This document shows, piece by piece, positions 40,188 through 50,603 of a stretch of DNA of 64,000 nt. Position numbers and translations under genes: made by a program. This DNA is from an uncultured cyanobacterium (GTDB lineage: Bacteria; Cyanobacteriota; Cyanobacteriia; Phormidesmidales; Phormidesmidaceae), in contig CAWBZI010000005.1 in the NCBI GenBank assembly GCA_963793265.1, positions 288,001-352,000 on the forward strand, read 5' to 3'. Under the pieces are notes generated by a model that did no database searches, was not told where the DNA came from, and worked only from the letters and a program-made list of their open reading frames with translations. The stretch's first letter is position 1, and each line of letters starts with the position of its first letter.

Positions 40188-43100
40188 ATGATGCACGCTA
40201 ACCGTTCTACCCTTGTGAAGCTGTGCCTGCTAACGGCCCTCGCCGTACCGGTTCAGCGCGCTGCATCCGCTACGCCAGACTCACAAGAGGCGAGCACCTT
40301 TGCCGCGAAAAGCACACTGCTGATCGCGCAGGCCAGGGTTGCTCAAGCTGAACCGGACGTGCCTGAATTCGAGCTGCCCAGTTCGCTAGAGGCAGGTGAT
40401 GCGCTGCTAATCGATGGCTCTAGCAGCATGATTCCGATGAACAATGCGCTCATCGATCAATTTGCATCGCGCTACGAAATCGACACCGTAGATAGCGCGG
40501 CTAGTGGTACCGATATCGCCCTGGACAGGCTGCGCAATAACGAGATTGACTTAGCGGCTATTGGCCGACCGCTAAGCGCAGAAGAGCAGGCCGCAGGCTT
40601 GGTGGCAGTGCCGATTGCGCGTGAGAAAATTGCCATTTTTACCGGCCCTGACAATAGCTTTGAAGGTGATATTACCTTTGAGCAGTTCGGCCAAATTTTT
40701 AGAGGTGAGGTGACTGACTGGTCAGAAGTCGGTAACGGCTCTGCCTCAGGCCCGCTGCGCTTTATCGATCGCCCTGTCTCTAGCGATACGCGTCAGGCTT
40801 TTCAGGCGTACCCGGTCTTTCAAGCTGCTCCTTTTGAAACCGGCGCGACCGCTGAGCTAGTGGCAGAAGACTTTACGCCAGAGGTCATTGAGGCAGTTGG
40901 CAACGACGGTATTGGGTATGCTGTCGCCAATCAGGTCGCGGGCAACTCGGCGGTCAAAATCGTGCCGATGCACCAAACCCTACCCGACGATCCACGATAT
41001 CCCTTCTCGCAGCCGCGCAGCTACGTGTATAACGGTGAGCCTTCGGCGGCGGCGCAAGGTTTTTTGGCCCTGGCAACTAGCCCAGAGGGGGAAGAAGCGA
41101 TCGCCCAAGTACAAGAAACTGAAGGCGCTGCTGCTGCCCAGCTAGACGGCCCCGCACCCACAGCTGAAAGTCCGAGCAACGGACTAACCGCCCGCACCGA
41201 TGAAAACAACGTCGCGATTATTGAAGACGCCAGTGGAAACTTAGTCGCGGGGCCATTAGCAGGCGCTGGCGGCGCAGTCACCGCGCTGGCCTTTAGCGAA
41301 GATGGTGAGACGCTAGCAACCGGGACTAACATTGGCAAAGTACGCTACTGGGGTATTGATGGCGAGCCCAAAGGAGAAGCGTTTCCAGCGGTGTTAGGAG
41401 AAGACAACGCTGTAACCGAACTGAGGTTTGAAGGTAATGACAAGCTTTTTGTAGCTGGAAGCCAGGGCAGACAGGGCCTTTGGGGGCTCAACGGGCGCTC
41501 TTTTGGAGAAACGGCTCCCGCTGCTACGACTGGCCTAGAAACTGACGCTGACGGCGGATTTCCCTGGTGGTGGTTACTGCTGCCGGTTTTAGGACTTGTT
41601 GGCGCTGGGCTGTGGCTATTGAGCCGAGGGCGCGATCAGCAAACGCCTGATGAACCCAGACGGCAAACCGCACCAACCGCGACCGTACCGCCCCCAGTCA
41701 CCGATCCTGATAACGAGCGAGAAGTTTCTAATCGCGCTCATTCTGTTATTTCTACCGATAGAGTGGTGGATGAATCGAGGGCTGTGATTACGCCTGAGCC
41801 TACGGTTGCCGCCGGGGTGGCTGGGGCTACTGGTGGGATAGAGGGCACTCGCCCAGGCGCTACTGATTTGGGCGCTACTGGCCTAGACACGGCCAGTTTA
41901 GATGCTGCTGGTGTAGACACTACTGGCCTAGACACTATCGATTCAGGCGCTACTGAAAATTTAGAGTCTACTGATCTAGAATCACCTGATTTAGAAGGGA
42001 CTAACTTAGATCTGCTAACGCCAGGGGCGGTTGGTGGAGCCGCAGTGCTGGGGTTGGGGGGAGTGGCGATCGCAGCAGGCGGCCAAAGCTCAACTCTAGA
42101 AGACGATGACGAAGAGGACGAATGGGACGATAATCTCGATTTGACCCTGGATGATCCAGACCAGGCACCAGACGCAGCGGTGCCTACTGCGCAAGCTTCG
42201 CAAGAGCAGCTCTCTATACAAACAGAAGAGCAGGCAGTCACACCGCCAGTTTCCCCAGCTCCTCAAGTTCCTCCTCAAGCTCCTACTTCACCGCTGGTAG
42301 AATTGCCGACAGCAGGCGGGGCAACAGGCAGCGCTGACGATGAAGATTTTTGGAATACCGTACCCGGCGGAACAGAGCTGGGTGTGGGTGGCGATGAAGT
42401 TGAGGGCGATGCTGTAGAGAGCAATGCGATCGCAGATGACCCGATTACAGACGATTTAACGGCTGGCGGTGTAATGGCGGGCGGTGTCGTTGCTAGCGGT
42501 GCGACCGCTGACGACACTAGCGCAGACAGCGTTAGCGCAGAGGATTTGATGGTAGGCGAGCTGTCAGATAGTGAGATAGAAAGCGCTGGGCTCAGCTTGG
42601 AAGAGCCTGTGCCAGAAGAGCGCGTAAGGCTCGAAGATCCCGCCATAGAAGCATCTGACCTGAAAGCACCCGAAGTAGGAGCGCCCGACGCTAAAGCCTC
42701 TGACCTTGAAGCACCTGACGCGGGGGAGGCGAGCGAGGCGATTGAAGCCATTGAGCCTACCCGAGATACGGTGATTGCTGAAACAGACACCGTTTTAGAT
42801 ATTGAACCCGATCAAAACACAATCATCAGTGATGGTACAGTAATTTTTGGTGGGGCCACAGCCGCAGGACTGGCGGTAGCAGCAGCCTCCGCCGCATCAA
42901 CCTCCGAATCAGCATCCGCCGGGTCAATCGATTCCGACATCGACAGCTTCTTCGGCTCAACAGAAACCACGAATACTGAAATGCCTAGCTCTGAAGACAC
43001 TAGCTTTGAAGATACTGGTCTAGATGACACTAGCTTTGAAGATATTAATTCCGAAGACACTATTCTCGAAGATATTGTCCTTGCTGCCACATTAGACAAA

Positions 43101-44099
43101 CCGCGTCTGAGCATAGAAGAATTAGCTTCTGTCGATGAGGGCTTAGATGAGCTGCCCGACGGCTACGGTGACAGTCGCATTGTGCTTTTGCCCCGCGATC
43201 CGAAGTGGGCCTACGCCTATTGGGACGTTTCCAATGAGCACAAAGAGGAACTGCGCCAGCAGGGCGGCTCACGGCTTTTGCTACGCCTGTACGATGTGAC
43301 AGATATTGATCAAAACCATCAGGCCCCGCACAGTATGCACCAGCAGGAGTGTCATGAAATGGCGCGCTCTTGGTATATCGAGATGCCGGTGAGCGATCGC
43401 GACTACAGCATCGAAATCGGCTACCTCACCGACGACGATCGCTGGCTCATGCTCTCCCGCTCGGCCCCCGTTCGCGTACCCCCCATCTATCCCTCCGACT
43501 GGATTAAAGATCAGTTTGTCACCATTGGCTGGGAGACGGGCCTAGCCAATCAAAGGTTTGGCAATCTTGGTGCGCCCGGCACGCTTACCGCAGATGAGAC
43601 TGCTGAAACTGCCGGTGAATCTTCGGTTTTCGATGCGCTGTTTGCCTTTAATCAGGCTCAAAGCGCGCTGCGCCTGGCCGGTTCGCTCTATGGCTCTATG
43701 CAAACGATGCCGCAAACGATGCCGCCTGGCGGGCTTTCGGCCTCGGGTCAGGTGTCGGGCTTGAATATGTCGGGGCTGAACGTGTCGGGGCTGAATATGT
43801 CAGGAGTTGGGCTGGGCGATCGCAAGCGAAACTTCTGGCTGGTAGCCGATGCTGAGCTGATTGTGTACGGGGCCACTGAGCCTGATGCCACGCTGACAAT
43901 AGGCGATCGCGTCATTCCCCTGAGCCCCGATGGCACCTTCCGCTTCCACATGCCCTTCCCCGATGGCAAAATCGACTACCCCATTCGCGCGGTTGCCGCC
44001 GACGGCCAGCAGTCACGCGCTATCACCATGAACTTTGAGCGCGACACCCCAGAGCGCAACACCAATACCAAAGCCGACGCCGAAGACGAATGGTTCTAA
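40188..44099 (+). CDS. PstS-like binding domain + WD40-like segment + TM + acidic linker + DUF4912
   Basis: IDGSSSM..DLAAIGRPL..DRPVSSDTR, FPWWWLLLP TM, LPDGYGDSRIVLLPRDPKWAYAYW and FWLVADAELIVYGATEPDA. Confidence 0.85.
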   Translation: MMHANRSTLVKLCLLTALAVPVQRAASATPDSQEASTFAAKSTLLIAQARVAQAEPDVPEFELPSSLEAGDALLIDGSSSMIPMNNALIDQFASRYEIDTVDSAASGTDIALDRLRNNEIDLAAIGRPLSAEEQAAGLVAVPIAREKIAIFTGPDNSFEGDITFEQFGQIFRGEVTDWSEVGNGSASGPLRFIDRPVSSDTRQAFQAYPVFQAAPFETGATAELVAEDFTPEVIEAVGNDGIGYAVANQVAGNSAVKIVPMHQTLPDDPRYPFSQPRSYVYNGEPSAAAQGFLALATSPEGEEAIAQVQETEGAAAAQLDGPAPTAESPSNGLTARTDENNVAIIEDASGNLVAGPLAGAGGAVTALAFSEDGETLATGTNIGKVRYWGIDGEPKGEAFPAVLGEDNAVTELRFEGNDKLFVAGSQGRQGLWGLNGRSFGETAPAATTGLETDADGGFPWWWLLLPVLGLVGAGLWLLSRGRDQQTPDEPRRQTAPTATVPPPVTDPDNEREVSNRAHSVISTDRVVDESRAVITPEPTVAAGVAGATGGIEGTRPGATDLGATGLDTASLDAAGVDTTGLDTIDSGATENLESTDLESPDLEGTNLDLLTPGAVGGAAVLGLGGVAIAAGGQSSTLEDDDEEDEWDDNLDLTLDDPDQAPDAAVPTAQASQEQLSIQTEEQAVTPPVSPAPQVPPQAPTSPLVELPTAGGATGSADDEDFWNTVPGGTELGVGGDEVEGDAVESNAIADDPITDDLTAGGVMAGGVVASGATADDTSADSVSAEDLMVGELSDSEIESAGLSLEEPVPEERVRLEDPAIEASDLKAPEVGAPDAKASDLEAPDAGEASEAIEAIEPTRDTVIAETDTVLDIEPDQNTIISDGTVIFGGATAAGLAVAAASAASTSESASAGSIDSDIDSFFGSTETTNTEMPSSEDTSFEDTGLDDTSFEDINSEDTILEDIVLAATLDKPRLSIEELASVDEGLDELPDGYGDSRIVLLPRDPKWAYAYWDVSNEHKEELRQQGGSRLLLRLYDVTDIDQNHQAPHSMHQQECHEMARSWYIEMPVSDRDYSIEIGYLTDDDRWLMLSRSAPVRVPPIYPSDWIKDQFVTIGWETGLANQRFGNLGAPGTLTADETAETAGESSVFDALFAFNQAQSALRLAGSLYGSMQTMPQTMPPGGLSASGQVSGLNMSGLNVSGLNMSGVGLGDRKRNFWLVADAELIVYGATEPDATLTIGDRVIPLSPDGTFRFHMPFPDGKIDYPIRAVAADGQQSRAITMNFERDTPERNTNTKADAEDEWF

Positions 44100-44148
44100 G
44101 GTCACACGGTTTTTAAACAGTAGGTTCTTTGAAAATAGGCATCGTCAC

Positions 44149-45183
44149 ATGATCCACCAGCCCTACAAAATTCGCCGCCGCCGAGTCCTTCAGCTCTTAG
44201 CCGGGGCTTCTGGTGCGGCTCTGCTGCACGCCTGCAATGCCGATAGCAATACTGCCGAAAGCACTGAAGGGAATATGTCTCTTACCCTGGGCAGCATTCC
44301 TTGGGTCGGGCAGGTGCCCATGTATATCGCTCAAGACAAGGGCTTTTACGAAGATGAAGGGTTAGATTTTGAACTTCGCCTTTTTGGCTCAGGCAACGAG
44401 TATATCTCAGCTTTTTTAAGCAATCAGCTAGACGCAGTTTCACCGGTAACCTCCGAGGCTGTGCTGATGAAAGCGCAGGGCAAAGACTATCGAATTGTGA
44501 TGGTGCAAGACAATTCGGTGGGGATTGATGGCATTTTGGCCAGAGACTCAATTGAGAGTATCGAGGACTTTAAGGGTAAAGAGGTTGCTGTTGAAACGAG
44601 CGCTGTCGGCTACTTCTTTTTGCTTCAGGTGCTCAAAGAAGCCGGACTGAGCAAGGATGACATTACCGCAATTAATACCGAACCTTCGGCGGCGGCAGCG
44701 GCTTTTCAGTCCAACAATGTTGATATCGCGGTCACCTATGCGCCTTTCTTGCAAGAAGCGGCTGACGCGGTGCCCGATGGTCGGATTATTTACGACTCCT
44801 CTCAAATGCCGACCGCGATCTCTGATCTTTACATATTCGACACCGCCTACGCCGAGCAAAATCCCGCTGCCGTTCAGGCATTTGTCAACGCGACTCTAAG
44901 AGGACTGGAATACTTGAAGGAGAATCCAGAAGAAGGCGCTGAGATCGGAGCGACGACTCTAGAAATGGACGTTGCCGATTTGCAAAGCGATTTAGAAGGG
45001 ATCAAGCTGCCCGATAGAGCTGAAAATCTTGAAATGCTTGCTCAGCCAACGAGCGGCCTATATTTAGGCGGGCCTCTAGAAGATTTAGCTGACTTCTTGC
45101 TCAGCGAAGATCAAATCGAGCAAGATCCCGGTGACTTTTCGAGCCTGATTGATCCTCAATTCATTGAGGCTGCAACCCTATAA
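44149..45183 (+). CDS. SsuA/THI5-type ABC substrate-binding lipoprotein
   Basis: Twin-Arg signal with LHAC lipobox, IAQDKGF, DNSVGIDGI and FKGKEVA motifs. Confidence 0.88.
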   Translation: MIHQPYKIRRRRVLQLLAGASGAALLHACNADSNTAESTEGNMSLTLGSIPWVGQVPMYIAQDKGFYEDEGLDFELRLFGSGNEYISAFLSNQLDAVSPVTSEAVLMKAQGKDYRIVMVQDNSVGIDGILARDSIESIEDFKGKEVAVETSAVGYFFLLQVLKEAGLSKDDITAINTEPSAAAAAFQSNNVDIAVTYAPFLQEAADAVPDGRIIYDSSQMPTAISDLYIFDTAYAEQNPAAVQAFVNATLRGLEYLKENPEEGAEIGATTLEMDVADLQSDLEGIKLPDRAENLEMLAQPTSGLYLGGPLEDLADFLLSEDQIEQDPGDFSSLIDPQFIEAATL

Positions 45184-46046
45184 TGGCCACTCGCCATCCG
45201 GCCTCACCCCAACCAACCCCATGCGATCGCTCTCGCCGCCAGTATCTAAAGCCCTCCGTATTTTGGGGCATTCGTCAGGACTTTCCTCGCGAGCTAAGCG
45301 CTGCGCTCGTGGTTACCTCACTGGCTATTCCCATTTCAATCTGGAGCTTGCTCAGCTACGGCAGCTTCGTTGATTCCAGATTTTTACCCACGCCCACGGC
45401 CACCTTTGCTAGGGGGCTAACGATGCTAGCTGATGGCAATCTGATGGCTGACGTTTTTGCCAGCACCGCTCGGGTTACCGCAGGTTTTATCCTCGCAGCG
45501 ATCGCCAGCATTCCAGTGGGCATTGCCATGGGCACATTCAACAGCATGGACAGCCTGCTAGGCGGCTTTGTTCGTACCGCGCGCTATCTGCCAATTGCGG
45601 CTTTCGTACCGCTGATTATTATCTGGGCAGGCATTGATGAAGCCTCTAAAGTTATCATCATCTTTTTGGGCGTGTTCTTTTACAATGCAACGATGATTGC
45701 TGATGCGGTTAAGTTTATTCCCAACGAAACGCTCAACGTGGCCTATACGCTAGGGGCTTCTCGTTGGGACGTGGTGCGGCGCGTTGTTTTTCCGGCTACG
45801 CTGCCCAGCATTTTAGATGCGCTAAAAGTTAACGTAGCGGGCGCTTGGAACTTTTTGGTGATTGCAGAACTGGTTGCCGCGCCCAACGGATTAGGCTTCA
45901 CCATTTTTAAGTCGCAGCGGCAGCTTCAGACAGACCAGGCGATGTTTTGCATCTTAATCATCTGCGTTATTGGGCTCATCACAGATTTTGCCTTTAGAGT
46001 CTTATTTAAGCTGTGGCTACCTTGGGCTGACTCTAAAATGAGCTAG
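45183..46046 (+). CDS. ABC permease (SsuC/TauC-like)
   Basis: FLPTP, RYLP and AYTLGAS (EAA loop) motifs. Confidence 0.9.
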   Translation: MATRHPASPQPTPCDRSRRQYLKPSVFWGIRQDFPRELSAALVVTSLAIPISIWSLLSYGSFVDSRFLPTPTATFARGLTMLADGNLMADVFASTARVTAGFILAAIASIPVGIAMGTFNSMDSLLGGFVRTARYLPIAAFVPLIIIWAGIDEASKVIIIFLGVFFYNATMIADAVKFIPNETLNVAYTLGASRWDVVRRVVFPATLPSILDALKVNVAGAWNFLVIAELVAAPNGLGFTIFKSQRQLQTDQAMFCILIICVIGLITDFAFRVLFKLWLPWADSKMS

Positions 46047-46092
46047 CCAATCGAGCTAGCAAAACGCGCGAGCGGTTCTCTTCTACTTTTCC

Positions 46093-46878
46093 ATGGCACC
46101 AAATTTTCCAACGACACTTTCACACGAAACAACAGGTCCCAAGCTCGAAATTCGTAATGTCATAAAGGTTTTTGGTGAGGGTAGCAGTCGGAAGGTGGCG
46201 GTTGATGATGTGAGTTTGAAGGTCGCCCCTAACGAATTTAGCTGTATTATTGGCCCTTCTGGCTGCGGCAAATCAACGCTACTTAGCATTGCCGCCGGGC
46301 TCACCCAGGCCACCGCTGGCGAAATTTTAGTCGATGGCTCGCCCGTACCAGGGCCGGGAGCCGACCGGGGCATGGTCTTTCAAAACTACACGTTATTTCC
46401 CTGGCTATCAGTTGCAGAGAATATTGCCTTTGGGCTCAGGCTCAAGGGCATGGCAAACGCTGAACGAAATGACAGAGTAGCCCATTATCTAGAGGTGGTT
46501 GGCTTAAGTGGAAGTGCCAAGGCGTATCCAAAGACGCTCTCGGGTGGGATGAAGCAAAGAGTTGCGATCGCCCGCGCCCTAGCCAACGAGCCTGAAGTAC
46601 TCCTGATGGACGAACCCTTCGGTGCCCTTGATGCTCAAACCAAAGAGCAGCTACAGGCTTTCTTCCACGACCTCTGGCAAAAAACGCCCATCACTGTTCT
46701 CATGATTACCCATGATATTGAAGAAGCGATCTTTCTTTCTCAGCGCGTGTTTGTTATGAGTCTTAATGGAAAAGTGCGAGAAACTGTCTCTATTGAACTA
46801 CCAGGGAATAGAGACTTACCTATGAAGCTTACGCCCGAGTTCTTAGCCTACAAAAGAGAGATTTTATATAAAATGTGA
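46093..46878 (+). CDS. ABC ATPase (SsuB/TauB-like)
   Basis: GPSGCGKST, LSGGMKQR and MDEPFGALD motifs. Confidence 0.93.
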   Translation: MAPNFPTTLSHETTGPKLEIRNVIKVFGEGSSRKVAVDDVSLKVAPNEFSCIIGPSGCGKSTLLSIAAGLTQATAGEILVDGSPVPGPGADRGMVFQNYTLFPWLSVAENIAFGLRLKGMANAERNDRVAHYLEVVGLSGSAKAYPKTLSGGMKQRVAIARALANEPEVLLMDEPFGALDAQTKEQLQAFFHDLWQKTPITVLMITHDIEEAIFLSQRVFVMSLNGKVRETVSIELPGNRDLPMKLTPEFLAYKREILYKM

Positions 46879-47059
46879 GATAGAACGCCTACCGAGCCGA
46901 ACGTCGCTTTGGATCGGTGCGAAAGTAACGAAGGCTCCCATTATAAAAACAGGAGCCTACAACGTGCTTAAGATGCCCGAGAGCTAACTAGGCAAATCTA
47001 GGTGATTCAGCCCAGTTAGGGACATGCGTCTAAATAAAGTACCGCTGATAGCGCTGTTC

Positions 47060-47141
47060 ATTGCCTCGGGCATAGCAGTGCTAAGCCCCTACAGAAATTG
47101 ACGGTGACGTAGGGGCATAGCGTGCTATGCCCCAGGGCAAT
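47060..47141. repeat. Inverted doublet of GTAG-family REP-like palindromes
   Basis: ATTGCCTCGGGCATAGCAGTGCTAAGCCCCTAC, 16-nt spacer, GTAGGGGCATAGCGTGCTATGCCCCAGGGCAAT. Confidence 0.7.
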
Positions 47142-47199
47142 ATTTGTCGATTTGCCGGTACTTTATTTGAGCGCAGCTCCCTTATTGATACATCACCAC

Positions 47200-48192
47200 C
47201 TACACAGTAGCCGGTTGCTCCATTTGAGCGAGGCGATCGGAGAGTAGTTTCTCCAAATCTTCTAGCGCCTTAGTAAAGCCCTGAATACCCTCATCCAGCT
47301 TGTCATTCGCCATCCGATCGGCCTTGTGCATTTCATCAAAGGTTGCCTTATCGATAGATTTCTTCTCGATATCCAAATCCTTTGCATTCTCAGGGCTGAG
47401 CTTACGGGGCAGCTCGCCGTCAGTTTCAGAAAGTGGCTCCAAAAGCTTGGGCGAAATGGTGAGCAAGTCGCAGCCAGCTAGTTCCTTAATCTCATCGAGG
47501 TTGCGGAAGCTAGCCCCCATGATTTCAGTCTCGTAGCCGAACTTTTTGTAGTAGTTGTAGATTTCTGTGACCGACTGTACGCCGGGATCTTCAGACGGTG
47601 GGTAGCTATCGCGACCTGTCTCTTTTTTATGCCAGTCGAGGATGCGACCGACGAATGGGGAGATTAGGGTGACGTTGGCTTCGGCGCAGGCGATCGCCTG
47701 ATGCAAACCAAACAATAGGGTCAGGTTGCAGTGAATGCCTTCTTTTTCAAGAATTTCAGCGGCCTTGATGCCTTCCCAAGTGGAGGCGATTTTAATCAGG
47801 ATGCGATCGCGACTCACGCCCGCTTCCTCGTACTCTGCAATCAAATCACGCGCAGTCGCCAATGTGCCTTCTGTATCGTAGGAAAGCCGGGCATCGACTT
47901 CAGTCGAAACGCGCCCTGGAATAATCTCCAAGATCCGCTTACCAAAGGCCACCGCCAAATGCTTAAACGCCTCCATCGCCACATCCTTATCCACCGCGTC
48001 CTTGCCCATCTTAGTGCGGGCCTGTTGCAGCGTTTCATCCACAATGCTCTGATACTGTGGCAAACCTGCTGCCGCTGTAATTAGCGAAGGGTTCGTCGTT
48101 GTATCTTGAGGCGTAAACTTTTCAATCGCCTCAATGTCACCCGTATCGGCAACCACAACAGTCATTTCTTTTAGCTGAGATAGCAAGCTCAT
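47200..48192 (-). CDS. tal: Transaldolase
   Basis: [30 protein letters not shown] and SPFVGRI motifs. Confidence 0.97.
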   Translation of the reverse strand: MSLLSQLKEMTVVVADTGDIEAIEKFTPQDTTTNPSLITAAAGLPQYQSIVDETLQQARTKMGKDAVDKDVAMEAFKHLAVAFGKRILEIIPGRVSTEVDARLSYDTEGTLATARDLIAEYEEAGVSRDRILIKIASTWEGIKAAEILEKEGIHCNLTLLFGLHQAIACAEANVTLISPFVGRILDWHKKETGRDSYPPSEDPGVQSVTEIYNYYKKFGYETEIMGASFRNLDEIKELAGCDLLTISPKLLEPLSETDGELPRKLSPENAKDLDIEKKSIDKATFDEMHKADRMANDKLDEGIQGFTKALEDLEKLLSDRLAQMEQPATV

Positions 48193-48364
48193 AAGCTTTC
48201 TCCAAGGGGGTTATCTGCGCCCTCATTGTAGTCAGCACAATCGAATTTGAGGTTCTTCCTATAGACCTGAAACCTAGAGAATATCTGTAGAACCTGGCTT
48301 TTAAGCACTCTCTCAGTAGCTTCTAACGGGAACTCAGTTTTGGGGCCGTTTTCAAAAGCGAAGG

Positions 48365-50425
48365 CTATACGATTCCAGAGGGCGTTTTTGGCGCGCTAAC
48401 AGTGATAGATGCAACAGAGGCATCAGCTTTTTTTTTATCAGCGCCGTGTGAATCATCCTCATCAATGTCTACGTCCAATGTCTCTGTCTGATGACTATCC
48501 ATCTGATGATCGCTCTGGTGACGATCGCTCGAAGCATACTCAGCCAAATCGTATACCGGCAAATCAAACCAGAAGGTCGTGCCCACACCGACCTCACTCA
48601 CCAAATTCACCTGGCTATTGTGCTTATCCATAATATTTTTCACAATTGATAAGCCCAAGCCGGTGCCTTCAAGCGTATGCACCCGGTTTTCCACGCGGAA
48701 AAAGCGCTCGAAAATAGCCGCCTGATCTTCTTCGTCAATCCCCAGGCCCGTATCGGCTATCTCAATTCGCACATTCTGAATAAGTTCTGGATTCGCACTA
48801 GGCGCACGATACGCCCGAATCACCGCTTTTCCGCCAGCAGGCGTAAACTTCAGGGCATTTCCCATCAGGTTGCCGAGCACTTGCAGCAGCAGGTCATAGT
48901 TACCCAAAGCGGCTGGCAACTTCTCTTCAATGTCTTTTTCTAGCGATATCTGCTTGTCTCTAGCGTTGAGCTGATAGGTACGCAAAACCTGATCGATGGG
49001 CTGATGCACTTCTACCGCTGAGAATTCATAGCGGCGGCTAGACTCCAAACGAGATAAGTCAAGCACGTCATTCACCAACCGCGTCAGGCGATCGGTTTCA
49101 TTATTAGCCGTCGATAAAAACTCTTTGCGCTCCTCTTCACTTAAGTCTTCGCCATACTCATGCAGCGTTTCAATAAACGACTTGATGTTAAACAAGGGCG
49201 TTCGCAGCTCATGAGAAACGTTGCTAATAAAGCTACTCTTCGCCTCATTTAAGGCCACCTCACGCGTAATATCTTGCAGCGTAATAGCCACCCCTTTCAC
49301 ATTTTCACGCGACTGGTCGAGCACCGTATTCAGCAGCACCCGAATGGTGCGCGCACCCTCCATCAGCGACATCCGAAACTCACTGCCCTCATGCTCTTTA
49401 CCAGAAACAGCCTGCACCAAAGGCGGGGCTAGCTGCGCGCGCACTTCTGGCTGTAGCTTGTCTAAAATGCTGCCGCTGAGGGGAGAAGACGCTTCCCAGC
49501 CTAGAATTCGTCGTGCAGCCACGTTCGCCAGCACTAAGTTCGTTTTAGCGTCGAGTAAAATTGCGCCATCGGCAATTGTTGACACCAAGCTTTCTAGCTT
49601 CGCTTTTTCAGCTGTGAGTTCTTCAATATTTTGCTCTTCATAGCGCTCTAGGCGCTCGGCCATATCGTTAAAGCTGTAGATCAGTTCGCCTAGCTCACCG
49701 CCTAAGGGTAGATCGATCCGCTGCTTAAAGTTACCGCTAGCAATGTTTTTCACCCCTAGCAATAGCTCCTTAATCGGCTGAGTAATGGTTAGCGCGTTAA
49801 TCACCGCGCCCAAAATTACCATCACCCAAATTGAGACAAACACTGCAATCGTGACATCGCGCGTGAGGTGAGACGAGGCCACCACCGTTGGGTTAGGGTT
49901 AATGCCCATCGCCAACATGCCTTTGTAGTTGCCGTCAATTGTTAGCGGTACGAATACGTCGGTGACCATGCCTGCGGGCGTAAGGTGCTGGCGCACCATG
50001 GGGGCATCGGCGCTGCTGGTGTAGTTGGCGGGCAGCTTCATGCGCCGACGCAGCGTCAGTGAGTTTTGAACGGAGGGCTCTGAGTAGGGAATGCCGAAGA
50101 AAATTTCGCCGTCCTGGTCGGCATACAGCATATAGCGGACGTTAGACGTGTTTTCGTAGAAGCGGTAGGAAAAGCGGGCTAGCTCTGAGCGGTCGTTCGT
50201 TTCTACTAAAGGGGCAACGTTGGCAGCCAGCAGCAGGCCCAGGTCACGACCGAAGCGAGTGTCGTTGAGCTGGGCGTCTTGCTGAATGGTGTTGACGGCC
50301 CAAAAGGTAAGGGCGCTCATGACCAGCGAGACTAGCAGGGTAGCGCCAGCCATCAGTCGCGTTTGGAGGGTGAAGTCGCTCCACCATCTCGCAAATAACG
50401 CTTTAAGTTGACTGAAAAGTTGCAT
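48365..50425 (-). CDS. nblS: Sensor histidine kinase NblS/Hik33
   Basis: WWSDFTLQTRLM, NDTRFGRDLG, HAMP, PAS, SHELRTPLFNIKS and RVENRVHTLEGTGLGL. Confidence 0.95.
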   Translation of the reverse strand: MQLFSQLKALFARWWSDFTLQTRLMAGATLLVSLVMSALTFWAVNTIQQDAQLNDTRFGRDLGLLLAANVAPLVETNDRSELARFSYRFYENTSNVRYMLYADQDGEIFFGIPYSEPSVQNSLTLRRRMKLPANYTSSADAPMVRQHLTPAGMVTDVFVPLTIDGNYKGMLAMGINPNPTVVASSHLTRDVTIAVFVSIWVMVILGAVINALTITQPIKELLLGVKNIASGNFKQRIDLPLGGELGELIYSFNDMAERLERYEEQNIEELTAEKAKLESLVSTIADGAILLDAKTNLVLANVAARRILGWEASSPLSGSILDKLQPEVRAQLAPPLVQAVSGKEHEGSEFRMSLMEGARTIRVLLNTVLDQSRENVKGVAITLQDITREVALNEAKSSFISNVSHELRTPLFNIKSFIETLHEYGEDLSEEERKEFLSTANNETDRLTRLVNDVLDLSRLESSRRYEFSAVEVHQPIDQVLRTYQLNARDKQISLEKDIEEKLPAALGNYDLLLQVLGNLMGNALKFTPAGGKAVIRAYRAPSANPELIQNVRIEIADTGLGIDEEDQAAIFERFFRVENRVHTLEGTGLGLSIVKNIMDKHNSQVNLVSEVGVGTTFWFDLPVYDLAEYASSDRHQSDHQMDSHQTETLDVDIDEDDSHGADKKKADASVASITVSAPKTPSGIV

Positions 50426-50603
50426 GGCTTGGCCTGACGACGGGCATATCTGCGAAAGGGGTTTATTTTTGAATGGTGATATTAAAACAGAGGTTGTGGC
50501 GGCTGATATGTATACATTCTAGATGCAACTGCCCATTACGCCGCCAGTTGCGCTATCTTTCGGACTTTTTTGTCTAGCCGCTTTCTAGCTGGCTACTTTT
50601 TAT

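Noticed and set aside
41860..43075. Short periodic DNA repeats as possible CRISPR array
   Set aside because: They are degenerate 15-bp coding repeats within the 1303-aa ORF, with no spacers or cas genes.
46930..47030. Hairpins and CCGAGAG reminiscent of a guanidine-I (ykkC) riboswitch near the SsuA-type ABC operon
   Set aside because: Located downstream of the operon and lacking the CTAGGGTTCCG and AAAAGCCCGGGAG elements. Transporter substrate left unassigned.
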